DNA of 64,000 bases. It comes from Guillardia theta CCMP2712. Taxonomy: Eukaryota > Protista > Cryptophyta. Below, one piece after another: positions 1-12,445 of this stretch. A program made the position numbers and the translations under genes. Position 1 is the first letter of the stretch. Each line of letters opens with the position of its first letter. The stretch is from positions 193,751-257,750 of the forward strand of contig NW_005434613.1 of assembly GCF_000315625.1 (NCBI RefSeq). Direction: 5' to 3'. The notes under the pieces were generated by a model. That model was given only the letters and a program-made list of their open reading frames with translations. It was not told where the DNA came from and searched no databases.

Positions 1-271
1 AGAATATAGACACTCTACATGGCGGAGAAAAAGGTGGATGGGAGAAGAAATAATGGCGGAGAAGGACAAAGGGAACAGGGGGCAGAAACAAAGAAGGTAG
101 GCTGATTAAAAAATTTTTAGCTTTCAGGAGTTTCCAGTGAATTGTGAATCTTCCCACAGTACGCTTCTTCCAGCGCGATTCGGCGGCAGCGCCCGCAACC
201 TCCATCCCCTTCCCCCCTCCTCCTCCTCCTCCTCCTCCTCCTCCTCCTCCTCCTCCTCCTCCTCCTCCCAG

Positions 272-2032
272 CTACCGCCCTTCTCTTCCTCTGTTTTTTC
301 CTCGTTCTTTCCATACCTGGCGAGCAGTGAAGGCTGCGAGGACGACAGAGAAAGCAAGGAGGAGCAAGACGCAGAAGGTGGAAGACTCAGGGAAGCTCGA
401 GTACGCTGTGCTCGCCGCCTGCTCCCCGAAGCGCTTGCGACAAGTGCTGCGAGCCACGAGGAAGAGCGAGCAGGGAGCGAAGAAGGCGATTACAAAACCG
501 AACATGCCGTTGAACTCCAGGATCTTGGCGACGTCCTTCACGAAGGCTGCGAGGGTGATGGGGAGGAGGGAGAGGAAAATTTTGAGCAGCTTTCTCGCCC
601 TCTCCTCTCCTATCCTGAGGCTCCATCGAGCGGGAAGGAGACGAAGGATGGTCTCGGCGAGGGGGAGGAGGTTCAGGGGGAACGCTGCGCTGACACTGAC
701 GACTGGGAAGAGAAGGACGGTAGTGGAGATGATGGGAGCCCACCAGCGGATAGGCATGCCTGCCTGCGCTCCTCCCGTGTAGTCCTCCCAGTTGAGCGTG
801 ATGATGGGAACGACGCGAGGGCCGAAGTAGTAGATGGTGGAGCAGCAGAGGACGGAGTAGAGGACGAGGGTGAAGGAGAGGGCAGTGCGGAATACTGTCT
901 TCGCCTGCTTCCCACTCCTCATCGTCTTCATCAGCGTCGGGACCCCCTGGTGGCAGATCTGGCTGAAGAGAGCAGCAGTGATCAGCTTGCCGAAGCCTGA
1001 CATGTCCGTAGGAGGCAGACGATGGTACGCGGCGTCGTTCCCTCCGTCGGTGTAGACGGCGACGACGCAGGTCACCACCATGACCAGGAGGGCAGAGAGA
1101 GCGAAGCTGCTGAGGAGGAACTGAACGTTCTTGAGCGCTGCAAGGTCCATGCATGCCATAGCTACCATGAGGAGGGCGAAGAAGCAAAGGAACACCTCGT
1201 AGCTCTGACGGCAGTAGGAGGCGACGGCGGGAGCGGCGACGCAAGCAGCTGTCATGTTGTCCCACCTGCATGCTCCGCTGCATGCTTGATCCTGCACCGC
1301 ATCGCACCTCACAAGGCACCAAGCTATGCTGGTCGGGCGATCGCCGAGAGGGAGAGGAACGACGAGGGAGAGGCTGGAGCCGAAGACGGTGGCGTACAGC
1401 CAGAGGGAGCCGATGGTGTACAAGAGGAGGCAGAGCTCGAAGAGCTTCCTCCCGTAGCCCCCGAGAAAGATGCCGCAGAGCTCGCTCATCTCATACATGG
1501 CGACCTCTCTGTCGACGGCAGGACGAGCTTCATGCTTGGAGCTGGAGGGCCCAGCATCTAACTCCGTCACGTCCGATGGAAGCTCAGCAATCGCGTCATC
1601 CCTTCCTCTGCTCCCTCCCTCCCCCTCCTCCCCTGTACGCTCTTCCCTCCCTGCCGTATGCTTCACCATGTAGTGCGCCCATGCCGAGACCTCCACAAGG
1701 TATCCCATGGTCATCGCCGACATCACCGTCGCTATGAACATGCTGATCAACGATATAACGGCGCCGGCATGGTAGAACGCGTACGGCAAGCCGACGACTC
1801 CTGCTCCCACCACCATGTTCACCGTCAAGATTGTCGCTGTAGCAAAGCCGAAACCCTCCGAAGGCGGCTCTCCTCCTCCCTCCCTCTCCCCATGTTCCTC
1901 GCTGTTGGAATCCTCAATGTTGATAGCTGGGTCGTCCATCATCAGCCATTGGTTCAAGGTCTCTCCTCCTCTCCCCGCGTCGGAGCTTGCGAGAGGCATG
2001 TTGTGGTCCAACAGAGGAAGAAACGCTCGCAA
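272..2032 (-). CDS. Transmembrane amino acid transporter (Aa_trans/AAAP family, TMEM104-like)
   Basis: 586 aa ORF with about 11 hydrophobic segments, the TM1 motif 'TVNMVVGAGVVGLPYAFYHAG', plus 'SQICHQGVPT' and 'SAFPLNLLPL'. The extreme 3' end may be spliced at the (CCT)n tract. Confidence 0.9.
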   Translation of the reverse strand: MRAFLPLLDHNMPLASSDAGRGGETLNQWLMMDDPAINIEDSNSEEHGEREGGGEPPSEGFGFATATILTVNMVVGAGVVGLPYAFYHAGAVISLISMFIATVMSAMTMGYLVEVSAWAHYMVKHTAGREERTGEEGEGGSRGRDDAIAELPSDVTELDAGPSSSKHEARPAVDREVAMYEMSELCGIFLGGYGRKLFELCLLLYTIGSLWLYATVFGSSLSLVVPLPLGDRPTSIAWCLVRCDAVQDQACSGACRWDNMTAACVAAPAVASYCRQSYEVFLCFFALLMVAMACMDLAALKNVQFLLSSFALSALLVMVVTCVVAVYTDGGNDAAYHRLPPTDMSGFGKLITAALFSQICHQGVPTLMKTMRSGKQAKTVFRTALSFTLVLYSVLCCSTIYYFGPRVVPIITLNWEDYTGGAQAGMPIRWWAPIISTTVLLFPVVSVSAAFPLNLLPLAETILRLLPARWSLRIGEERARKLLKIFLSLLPITLAAFVKDVAKILEFNGMFGFVIAFFAPCSLFLVARSTCRKRFGEQAASTAYSSFPESSTFCVLLLLAFSVVLAAFTARQVWKERGKNRGREGR

Positions 2033-2887
2033 TCACGAGAGCCACAAATGTACCTGAGCAAAATATCAGCAAAACTTGGAACGCAACAAAGTCGATCACG
2101 ATGACAGTTCAGGATCGGAATGTAACCAACAAGCTTTTTGAGCACACATATGGTATGATAGGGGTTCCAATCCATTCCATTTCTACCGCTACAGCCCTCC
2201 TCCTCTTGCGTCCCTTCCCTGCCAGCGCATCTCTTCACTTCCATTCCTCCACCCTTCTATGCCTTCCATTGTTTCCAGTCTCCTTGACTGCTCCCCTCTC
2301 TCTCCTTGCATCTTCGCTATCATGCATGGCGCCATCTCTCCATCTTCTGGTCTCTTCCTTCCTCGCCATGTTCTCGCTCCTCCTCCCCTTCCGCCTCTCT
2401 GCATCGTGCGCTCCCCTCCCCATCCCGCAACAGTTTCTCCCCCGTTGCACCTAAGTTTAGAAGTCAGCCACCAAATTTTGAAGAATATCTCAAAATATTT
2501 ATGAAATATTCAAAGAAACAATATAAATTTGAGAGTTTCTTCCCGAATACTGATGTTGCCCCAAATCTGCCCGACATTCCCCAAAATCCGCCTCAGAAAA
2601 CATTCCTAGCTTTGACACATGGCCGTGCCTCGTTAACAGTCGGATATGCACCTGCCGGGCGGCAGTTACCGTAGTACTGCGGCGGCCCGGGCCCGGAGCC
2701 CAGCAGTCTACTATGATAAGACTGATGCTGCGGCGATCGGGGAGGATTTCAGCCTGACAGTAATGCAGCCGTCCGAGTGAGAGATCAGAGCAGAAAAGAC
2801 AGGGAATGCCCAGCGGCAATGACAGTGAGATTGTAGATACACAGACTGATTGCGTTTATTTACAGGTCGAAACAGGTGCCGAAGTGC

Positions 2888-5771
2888 TCAGGAGGAGTAG
2901 ATGACGGGGACCTCAACAGTGCGGGAGACGTCTCCTCCCATGAGGCGCACGAGAAGCGTGTGGACGCCTGGAGGGAGACGCTGCAGGTCGATGGGTGGGA
3001 GGGAGTGCCTGAGTCTCTCCTTCTCTATGGGAGGATAGCAGGGCTGCGCTTCCCCGAGGGCAGGAGGCATCTTGAGGACAGCGACCTGGAGGAGGCGGTG
3101 AGGGGAGGATGGTGGAAGGAGGAGAGGGAGGAGGGAGGAAGAGAGAGGAGGGAGGAGGAGAGAGGAGGGAGGAGGAGGGAGGAGGAGGAGGAGGAGGAGG
3201 GAAGGAGGGAGGAGGAGGGGAGGGAGGAGGGTTGAGGAGAAGGACTCTCAAGTAGCAAGAGGGAGGAAGAGGAGGTGGGAAGCAAGCCACCTGCTCTCGT
3301 GTGAAGGCATCGTACACGAAGTCGTCGATCTCCAGCAGGTACGTGATGGCGTTGAGGCTGCTCATGGGCATGCCAAGAGTCTCGAAGACAAGGGAGAGTG
3401 TAGGAGATCTCTGCTCGCCCAGGTAGGGGACGGTAAGGTTGCCATCCGCAGGAGGGGGAGAGAGGATCTGCAGGAAGAGAATCACAAAGGGAGGAGGAGA
3501 GGAGGAGAGGAGGAGAGAAAAGGGATAAGTAAGGATGGTGGAGAGGAGGAGGATGGAAGGAATCAGCAAGGCAGGAGGAGGAGAAGAGGAGGGGAGAAGA
3601 GTGGGTCAGAGCTGACATGGGCCTCGAAGGTTTGGCAGGTCTCCGTCTCGTTGTGGAAGGAGGTTGAAGCTCTGGACCAGCGCATCGCATCCTCGGGGTC
3701 GAAGGGAACGTCTGCTTGCTCCATCAGATTGGCAAGTCCTGTTAGGAAGGAGGAAGGGTAGGAAGAGGGAAGGGGAGGAAGTGGGAAGGGGAAGAAGGGA
3801 GGGGAGGGAGAAATGCGGGGGAGAAGGGAGGAAGGGGAAGGGAGGGGGTTGAGAGTGAAAGGTAGGCGGGAGGCGGGAGGGGAAAAGGTGAGGCAGAGAA
3901 GGAGGTGGGAAAAGGATGTAAGAAGGCCAGGAACACTGACAGGGTTGAGGGCAATCGACGGATTCCTTCACTGTCTCCTCTCGGTTCCATGTTGTCATGG
4001 TGTACTCGCCAGCTAGACAGACATCCCATGGGCCGCAAGTGTACTCCTCCGTGTCGTCTCTGCAGCTCAAGGATGAGGAGAAGGAGGAGGGAGGGAAGCA
4101 AGGAAGGGAGGATGGATGGATGGATGGATGGATGGATGGAGCCTCGGACGGAGATGGGAAAGGAAAGGAACATAGCGGGGAGGGCAAGGCGTTTGGAGCA
4201 GGATTGAGAATTCGAGGGCATCGGCTGAAGGGATTTCCGGAGCGACGGCAAAAGGAAGTAAAACAGCATCACCTTAGCTTCGATATGTTGTACAGACTAT
4301 ACCTCTCTTCGCTGATAATGGCAAACAGCGGCCGTTCCCTGGGACAATCCCTAGATCAGCTCCTCCTCCTCCTCCTCCTCCTCCTCCTCCTCCTCCTCCG
4401 CCCTCCGCCCTCCGCCCTCCTCCCTCCTCCCTTCTCATGCCTCTTGCTCCTCCTGCTCCTCCTCCTTCACCTCCACGACCGTCCAAGGAGCCATCCGGTA
4501 AGGCCGAACGACGACTCCATCGTCAGCACCGCCGCGTCCACCATGCTGAACATGTACCACTCCACGAAGGTCCGATGGAGCTCCTGGAAACTGACCCCCT
4601 TGTCCATGTGCAGCGCTGCTCCCGGAAGCCTCCACAGCCGCTCCCTGTACCCCAGAGCCACCAGCTCATCCTGCACTTCGTCTCTATCGGTTACCAGGAG
4701 CCATCGGACGGTCTTGCCCTCTGTGTTGTACTCCTCCTCCACGTGCCTTGCCACGTTGGCGAACCTGACGACGTCCTTCCTCAGATTGCTCTCATTGAAT
4801 AGTCGGAAGTCCGATCCGATCCCCACCCGCACCTGGAGTGCGATGGTGTAGAAGCCTTTCATTTCCTCAGCTATGTCTTGCAAGTCCTCCATGACTCTCC
4901 CGTACGGGGAGAACAGGAAGGTTGCCAGACGCGAAAAAGCATCATCGACTGACCTCAGGTCGTATCTACATGCTGCTTCCCTCAAGAATTTGTTGTACAG
5001 TACATCGCGGAGGTACAACTCGCTAGAGGGGAGAACCCAAAGTATTCTCTCGGTGTATTCAAGGAAATTTTCGGAGGCTACAAACTTTCTCTTCTTCATT
5101 CTGACCTCCTGCTCAAGGATCAGATCAAAGAGAGCAGGGAGAGAGCAGGGAGAGAGCAGGGAGAGAGCAGGGAGAGAGCTGGGAGAGAGCAAGCAAGGAG
5201 CATGCCGGTCTGAACTCCTTGCCTGATTGTTGCTGTCGGTTGCATCCAGCCCAACGAAACCGCAATCCACCGACAATGGCGCGAAGAGGAACTGGGAAGG
5301 GACCCTCCAATCTATCCCCCGCGATCTAACGAAGTTGTCGAGCTCGTACGGGGGGCGCCCAGGGTAGTCGATGAAGAAAGCTCTGTCAGTCAGCAGCGCA
5401 AGTGCGAAGGCAGAAACTATGTTCTGTACCCTGTTGCCGAGCCCCCCGCAGCTCCCAAGGGGTCTGCATCGCCACACCAGGTACTTGTAGTCTACGCTTG
5501 CTCCCTCCTCCTCCTCTCCTCCTCCTTCCAAGTCTCGACGGCTCCTCCTGTGCATGTCCCGGTACTCCTCCCATGCACCCCCCATGATGGTGATCCGAGA
5601 TTTCCCTGAAACATCGGGCACGGCCGGGTGTAAAGCTAGCGTCTTCACACATAAAGAAGTTTTTCGTGGTAGGGAAGGGCAGGGAGGGAAAGAAGGGAAG
5701 GGAAGAAACGAAGGGGAGGAGGAGGAAGAGAAGCTGGGTGTTAGAGAGAGGACAGTGGACAAAGAGCACAC
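2888..5771 (-). CDS. Multi-exon fucosyltransferase-like glycosyltransferase (GT37/GT23/GT11-type fold) with an unassigned C-terminal region
   Basis: Motif 'GGLGNRVQNIVSAFALALLTDRAFFIDYP', donor-binding motif 'IALQVRVG', then 'LLVTD' and 'SSFG'. A GT donor after 'GRSW' leads into further short exons (DCPRERPLFAII..., EEYTCGPWDVC..., ...RTVEVPVIYSS stop at 2888). The 5' exon is unresolved and joining of the downstream exons is inferred. Confidence 0.75.
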
Positions 5772-5971
5772 AGATACGTGAAGAAGAAGGACGAGGAAGA
5801 GACAGACGTGAAGAAGAAAGGCGAGGAAGAGACAGGAGGGAGGAGGTTGGAGGAGAAGTTTTTGATGTCTGGAGGTTGTGAGTTGAGCAAGTGACGTGCA
5901 CTATGTGGATCGTTGGAGCAAGCTTGCGTGTGGCCTTCTGTTGAAGGTCAGTGCGGTAAGAGCCTGGGAGT

Positions 5972-7868
5972 ATGTCGACAACGTCGGGAGGCGAGGTGGA
6001 CGTACTGTGGTTGAAGAGAGACGTCCGCGTGTCGGACAACGAGGCGCTGTTCCATGCATGCCTCAAGAGAGTTCGACCGCTCGTCATCCTGTACGTGTAC
6101 GACAGGCTGCTGTGGTCCAGCAACCACCTCCATGAATCTCACCTCAAGTTTGTCAACGAGGGCCTGGCGAACTTTGAAGACACTCTCTGCACAAGGTACA
6201 AGCTCAACAGAGCGGTATGCTACAGAGTCGGGCTAGTGGAAGAAGTCTTGGAGGAAATCCACCGCACGTACAAGGTCGCTTCCGTGTACTCGTCGTGCGA
6301 GGTCATGGATCGCGCGATGAGGGATTGCGTGGATAGGGCCAGGCAGTGGTCGGAGACCAGAGGAGTGCAGTGGATCAGCTTCGACCAGACGGGAGTCTCG
6401 TCGTCACCTAAGAGGGATGGATGGGCTAAGAGGTGGAAATCCAACATGCAGCTTCCTATGAAGCCGATGCCGGAGGAGATCCGCGTTCTGAGCGACGGGA
6501 GCTTGCAGCATGGTTCGATCGTGGAGGATCCGAAGGAAGTCGGGCTGAAGTACTTCGGTCAGCGTCCTGAAGCGCAGAAGGGAGGGGAGGATGAAGCGAA
6601 GAAGCTGCTGGCGTCGTTCTTGAGCTCGAGAGGGATGATGTACAGTAAGGAGCTCTCGTCCCCTGTCACGGCATGGGAGGGATGTAGTAGGTTGTCAACG
6701 TACCTCTCCTGGGGTCACCTTTCCCTGCGGACTGTCTTTCAGGCTGTGGAGGAGAAGGCAGAGGAGCTGAGGAAGGAGAAGAAGCAAGGAGGCAACGTCG
6801 GGCCCTGGCTCAAGTCACTCTCTGCCTTCGGGGCAAGGTTGCGATGGCGATCGCACTTCATGCAGAAGCTCTACGACGAGCCTTCGATTGAGGACGTGAA
6901 CATGTGCCGAGCATACGACCAGCTGTATGAAGGGACTTTCGATGAAGCAAGATTCTCAGCTTGGGTCGAGGGCCGGACTGGCTACCCAATGGTGGACGCG
7001 TGCATGCGAGCGCTGCACGCTAGCGGGTGGATCAACTTCAGGATGCGGGCGATGCTGGTCTCGTTTGCTTGCTACTTCCTGTGGCTGGACTGGCGGAGGC
7101 TGACGCCTGCTATGGCGAGGCTGTTCCTTGACTACGAGCCCGGCATTCACTTCCCTCAGTTCCAGATGCAGGCGGGGACGACGGGGATCAACGCCAACCG
7201 CATCTACTCCCCTGCGAAGCAGGTGATGGACCACGACCCTCACGGAGTCTTCATCCGCAAGTACGTCCCCGAGCTCGAGATGGTACCGGACAAGTTCATC
7301 GCCGAGCCCGACAAGATGCCTGAGGCCCTCCAGAAGGCCATCGGCTGTGAGATCGGAAAGGACTATCCTGCTCCCATCGTCGACTACAAGGCCTCGTATG
7401 CAGAAGCGAGGAGGAAGCTGGCGACCATTCGGAGCGTCAGAGCAGCACCGAGCAAACGAGCCAAGACGGCAAAGGCAAGTTCTGCGGACAGAGGAGAGGT
7501 GGGAGTGGAAGGCCAGGAGGTCGAGGTCGTCCTGTTCCGCTGCAAAACGGAAGAATTGGAACGGATTCCTGTGAGAATGGAGGTCGGAGACAAAGCGAAA
7601 GATTTGCGTCAGAGAATCGGTGAAGGACTTTGTGCGTGATTGTATCGTGACTCGTGCTGCTCAGACGCCCGTGTCGCTCCATCGACATGCACATCCATAG
7701 CATTTGACGGGAAGAAGCTGCAAGACGGAGATACCATGCTGAACATTCACAGATTGATGAAGACAAGTCAAAGCAAGGTGAGCGCTCTGGCCCGTGAGAA
7801 CTCGACTGAGTTCTTGCGAGCAGGCTCAATTGGTCGCCGTGATCAAGAGCGATGTGTCACGACAATAG
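5972..7868 (+). CDS. Cryptochrome/photolyase family flavoprotein (bacterial-like, ssDNA-photolyase-type motifs) with a C-terminal ubiquitin-like domain
   Basis: Motifs 'LWLKRDVRVSDNEAL', 'SRLSTYLSWGHLSLR', 'GRTGYPMVDACMR', 'GWINFRMRAMLVSF', 'FLDYEPGIHFPQFQMQAGTTGIN'. Predicted introns 7620-7664 and 7778-7823 keep frame and give a UBL-like tail ending at TAG 7866-7868. Confidence 0.93.
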
Positions 7869-8015
7869 TTTTCTACAAGGATTGCAGCATACGTCCATAG
7901 AAGCTGCTCGGTGTCATTGCAATCCCTTCCATCAATCTGCTTCAGTTTGCAACTCACAAGTTCACTCCTCGTCTTTCGATATATACATCCCAACCCGCCT
8001 CCAAGAACCTCCTTG

Positions 8016-8855
8016 TCAGGCTTCGTCTTCTACCCACTCCTGCACTCCTTCATCAATCTCTGCAGACTTTCAATACAATCGCAATGACAAACCTCATAAA
8101 GGGTCTTGGCAAGATCTCCTTTGATACGGGGAACAGTAACACCCTATCACAAGAGACATCTCTCAGACAGAAATCCCAACCCACGAGATATCGCAGTTTT
8201 ACCTTCCTCGCCATGATGTCCTGAACATTTGAGTCTCCCTTTTCCAGCCAATCATTGTACCAGCCCAAGTTGTCAGCGATTAAGTGTCTCTGTCACGAGT
8301 AACAGTTAGCATTCATGGGCGGATGAGCAAGTCCGGTACCGATCCACAGCCTTTGCAGGTTACAATCACGATGCCCTTCTCGTAAGCCAGCTTGGTGAAG
8401 GACCGCATCTGCCGAGTCTCGCAGACATTGCAGGTGAAGATCATGCTCATTTTGGGGTGGACGACTCTTCCAATCTCTTGCTTGTCGCCGTTGACCTCCA
8501 CGTTCACCACGTCCTCCTGTTTGTCTTTCCGTACATCCAACAGCGAATCTTCAAGCTGGTCCATGATGAACTGCTGCACAAAGTTTCCTCCAGTAAGATC
8601 CTTGATGGGAGGCAAGATGGGTTGGCGATCGTTCGGAACAGGAGGAATGATGGGGTCATTCCCTTCCTCGTTCTTACCAGCGCATGCTCTCAGAGGAATC
8701 TGCCATCCAGTTCGGCATGCTGGCAGTGCCTTGCACGAAGACTGGAATCTTGCGAGGGAGTGAGATGACAGAGGACAGGAGTTCAAGTTGAATGAGAACG
8801 CCAGGGATACAGACGATTGGAGGAGTACAGCGATGTAAATCGACTTGAGGACCAT
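8016..8855 (-). CDS. DNL-type zinc ribbon protein (Hep1/Zim17-like Hsp70 escort), probably plastid-targeted
   Basis: 'FTCNVCETRQMRSFTKLAYEKGIVIVTCKGC' plus spliced 'RHLIADNLGWY'. N-terminal signal peptide ending 'SLA-F' followed by a Ser-rich transit-like stretch. Confidence 0.9.
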
Positions 8856-9110
8856 CGAGTTCCGAGAAAACCCTTGACTGGACCAGAACTTGAGTTAGTC
8901 CCATAAACAGCACAGGGTTCTCAATAATATTCTGTTGCTCAATCACAAATCGACCTTCCCTCTTCTTATTCTATTACAGCCTTCATCCCCAGCGCATTTC
9001 GTTAGCAGCATGGCTTCCCTTTCCCATCAAGATGCTCTCTACACTGATCCTTATCCTCCTTTCATTCCTTGACTCACTGTTTCCCGCACAGATGCCCTCC
9101 CTTCATCTTC

Positions 9111-9410
9111 TCCCATTTCCATTCTCTCAAATCTCTCTCCTTCTCCTACACTCTCCTCTCCCATTTCCATTCTCTCAAATCTCTCTCCTCCTACACTCTC
9201 CTCTCCCATTTCCATTCTCTCAAATCTCTCTCCTCCTCCTACACTCTCCTCTCCCATTTCCATTCTCTCAAATCTCTCTCCTCCTCCTACACTCTCCTCT
9301 CCCATTTCCATTCTCTCAAATCTCTCTCCTTCTCCTACACTCTCCTCTCCCATTTCCTTTCTCTCAATCTCTCTCCTTCTCCTACACTCTCCTCTCCCAT
9401 TTCCATTCTC
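9111..9410. repeat. Pyrimidine-rich minisatellite, about 6 copies of a 45-48 bp unit
   Basis: Unit TCCCATTTCCATTCTCTCAAATCTCTCTCC(TTC)TCCTACACTCTCCTC starts near 9111, 9159, 9204, 9252, 9300, 9348 and 9394. Confidence 0.95.
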
Positions 9411-9683
9411 TCCTCTCCCTTCTTCATCCTCCCCGCCTTCGTCCCGCTCGTCCGCCATGCCATCCCTGCACAGGTAGTCCGCAACAAATCCCAACTACCA
9501 CTACCCTTTGCTCACTATGATTACCCCTTTTAAACTAGTAGAAAATGCCGGTAGTTGAAGAGGGTGTATCACCCCACCCCACCCATTTACCTGCAACTAA
9601 TTTTTTTTTAAAAAAAAACAGGCCCCTTTACAGAAGTTTTTGTTTTCTTGTAAAGGAAAAAAAGAACTATCTGAGACAGGAAA

Positions 9684-11131
9684 AATGGCACTCAGTTCAT
9701 TCCTGAGAGATAAGCTGGTGCGAAGACATCAAACAGACTTGATGGAATGAAGAGATTGTAGTAGGTCAAGACTCTCAAGGAACGAAGTCAAAACAAGCGG
9801 AATTCTCGAGCCTAAGATAGTCAGAAATGGCCAGGAGGGAAAGAAGGTAGCACAACGATGTCCTAGGAAGGATGCACGAAGATGTCGAAGAAGATGATGA
9901 AAGACCGGGACAAAGTGCTGAGTATTCAACACCCAGGGTGTGCGAGGCCAAGTCAATCTTTTACGATGACGTGTTGACGAAAGTCTTGGAGCATGTCCAT
10001 CCGCTCTGTCTTCTCCCATGTGCATGCTTGAACCGAAGCCTTCACAGGATCGTATCCAGCATCAAGCAGACTGTCACTTACCTTGATGTCGGATCGTTCC
10101 TGTGCTCCAACAACGATCTGCCGTGCGAGTGGGGTAGGGCAAGGCTCACCTGGCAGCTGGGCCAAACGAACAACATGATCTCGGACAGGAGCTTGGGGTT
10201 GATCCTCTCACATTTCCCTCACGTCAAGCATCTCAGCCTGCGACAATGTCTGCTTGTTCAAGATCCGGATCCCCAGCAGACTGAGAGAGCAGGAGGAGGA
10301 TTTTTTGACATGCTGGTAGATAAGATGCCTACTTCACTAGCCTCGCTCGACATTTCTTTCTGCCATCTCCTTCAAGGGAGTCGATTCGGCTTGAGACTGC
10401 CAGCCAACTTGAGGCACCTGACTGCACGATACCTGGAGTGCGACAGTTTCAAGGATCTGATGCATGCCAGCAGATATCTGTCCCTTGCTTCGTTCGACAT
10501 CTACGGCAGCCGCTCTAAGCAAAGCATGTACACCTACGACAACGCACTCCTCGATGCGATCTGTACAAAAGGAGACTTGAGGGTCTTGCACGTGGGAAAC
10601 AGCAAGGTCTTCCAGCATGTTGACGCGCACCTGTTGCAAGTGACGTTGACGAGCTTGAAGCACGTGGTGTCGCTTGACTTGTCTTGGATCGTTGAGAAGA
10701 CAAGAGGAGATTATCTCATTCATCTCATTGCCAAGAATCTCACCATCCTCGAGGGCCTCGCGCTTGCTGGGCTGACTGTCTCGGATGAATCCCTGCTGCT
10801 GCTCTCGCGAGAATGCAGCCGCATCAACCGTCTCCAGCTTGTAAGCTGCGAAGGAGTTTCAAGCAAGGCCCTGTCAGAACTGATGTCGATGGAGAAACTT
10901 CTCAGCTTCAACCTGGTCCAGCCCAGCAGCTCGCTGGCTAACGTGTCTGTGCGGAGCATAGCTGGACAGCAGGCGACTTTGACTCTTATTAACGTGTGCC
11001 TGGAGGACTTGCGATTCCCAATAGTCGACCAAGTCCAAACCAGTAGGCTGACAATCGTCGGGACCGTTGGGGAGAGGTAACGGAGCGAATGCAATACTTT
11101 CCTCCTCTCAATCCCTCTCTCTCCTTCTACG

Positions 11132-11169
<38 letters not shown>

Positions 11170-12094
11170 TCCCTCTCTCTCTCCCTTTCCCGCTCCCTCC
11201 CTCTCCCTCTCCCTCCCTCTCTTCCTCCCTCTCCCTCTCCCTCTCCGTCTTCCTCTCTCCTTGACTCCCTCTCCCTCCCTCTCTCCCTCCCTCTCCCTCT
11301 CCCTCTCTCCTTGACTCCCTTTTCATCCTTCAGCCCTGATCCTGTCTTGCAGAAACCAGGAGCTGCTCGCCGCGTTCCTCTCAAGATTCCTCTCCCTCAA
11401 GGAGCTATATCTCGAGCTCCAAGGAATCTCTGCTGACGACATCGCTACCATCCTGGCAACGCTTTCGTATCTCTTCCCCTTCTCTTCCAGCCTCCTGCTC
11501 ACCCTGGCTTCCAGGCTCCCCAATCTCTCGACTCTGGCCCTAGGAGAAATGGGCGAGGAGGGGATGACGGCCCTGGCACACCTGCAGCCGCTGGAGAGTT
11601 TGAAATTCCGCATGACCTCTCGCAACTGTGACAGGAGCGTCGTTGAGAGCATGGCAATCATCTACAATCTGAATATGCGGGGTAACGTCTGCCTCTGTGA
11701 GATGTTTCACTGCATTGCTGTCTTCCCGTCCCTTGCTCCCCTCTGCTCTCCTTCCACGTCCTCCTCCTAACTTGCCCCATTGTACGCTCCCTCTTCTGCT
11801 TGTCTGCCTTGGTCCTCTCTCTGCTATCCCTCTGCTTCTTCTGACGTCAAAAAATTTCTGTTTGCAGGCGTGCAGGGTTCAGATTCGTCTCCTGATACTC
11901 TGCTCAATTTGCTCCCACCGGCAACGAGGAAAGTTTACTGGGAGAAAGCTCTTGGGAGAAGTCAGCAAGACGAAGAGCAGACGTTGCTGGAAAGATGTGG
12001 GAAGATGCTGGCAAGACATCAGGTGAGATACTTTATGCAGCAAATCTTGATGATGGGAGGAGGTGAAGGAGGAGCGAGGAAGATGGTGATTGAG

Positions 12095-12130
<36 letters not shown>

Positions 12131-12445
12131 AAGGAGAGCAGGAATGCAAACAGGGACAGGAGGGGGAAAAGGAGGAAACAAGCGTTGGAAATGCTGTTGA
12201 CTTCGATCGCAGGACACGCTGAAGGTACTTGGGATCGATGACTGCGTGACGGTAGCATGTACAGCCATCGTAGCGAGGTGACGGCGATGCAGTCATGAGC
12301 TGACGTCGATGTCGGCTGATGGGACGTGGGGCAGGCTGCTTGACGGAGGGCTGCCAAGGCTGAACGTCCTGGTCCTCGACAACGCCTCTGCCATGTGCCG
12401 CAACAAGATAGCTGTGAGGAGCGCGAGAATCGACAGCAAGGATTG
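9684..12445 (+). CDS. F-box / leucine-rich repeat protein (FBXL-like), multi-exon
   Basis: F-box-like 'FYDDVLTKVLEHVHPLCLLPCACLNRSLHRIVS' followed by LRRs (VKHLSLRQC, LASLDISFC, VVSLDLSW, LEGLALAGL, INRLQLVSC). More LRR exons follow the (CT)n intron. Start and stop are approximate. Confidence 0.8.

Noticed and set aside
117-1737. Plus-strand and alternative-frame ORFs overlapping the transporter
   Set aside because: Antisense shadows of a GC-rich CDS plus (CCT)n translation, with no motifs.
9032-9533. Repetitive ORFs of 147-162 aa
   Set aside because: Translations of the 45-48 bp minisatellite in several frames.
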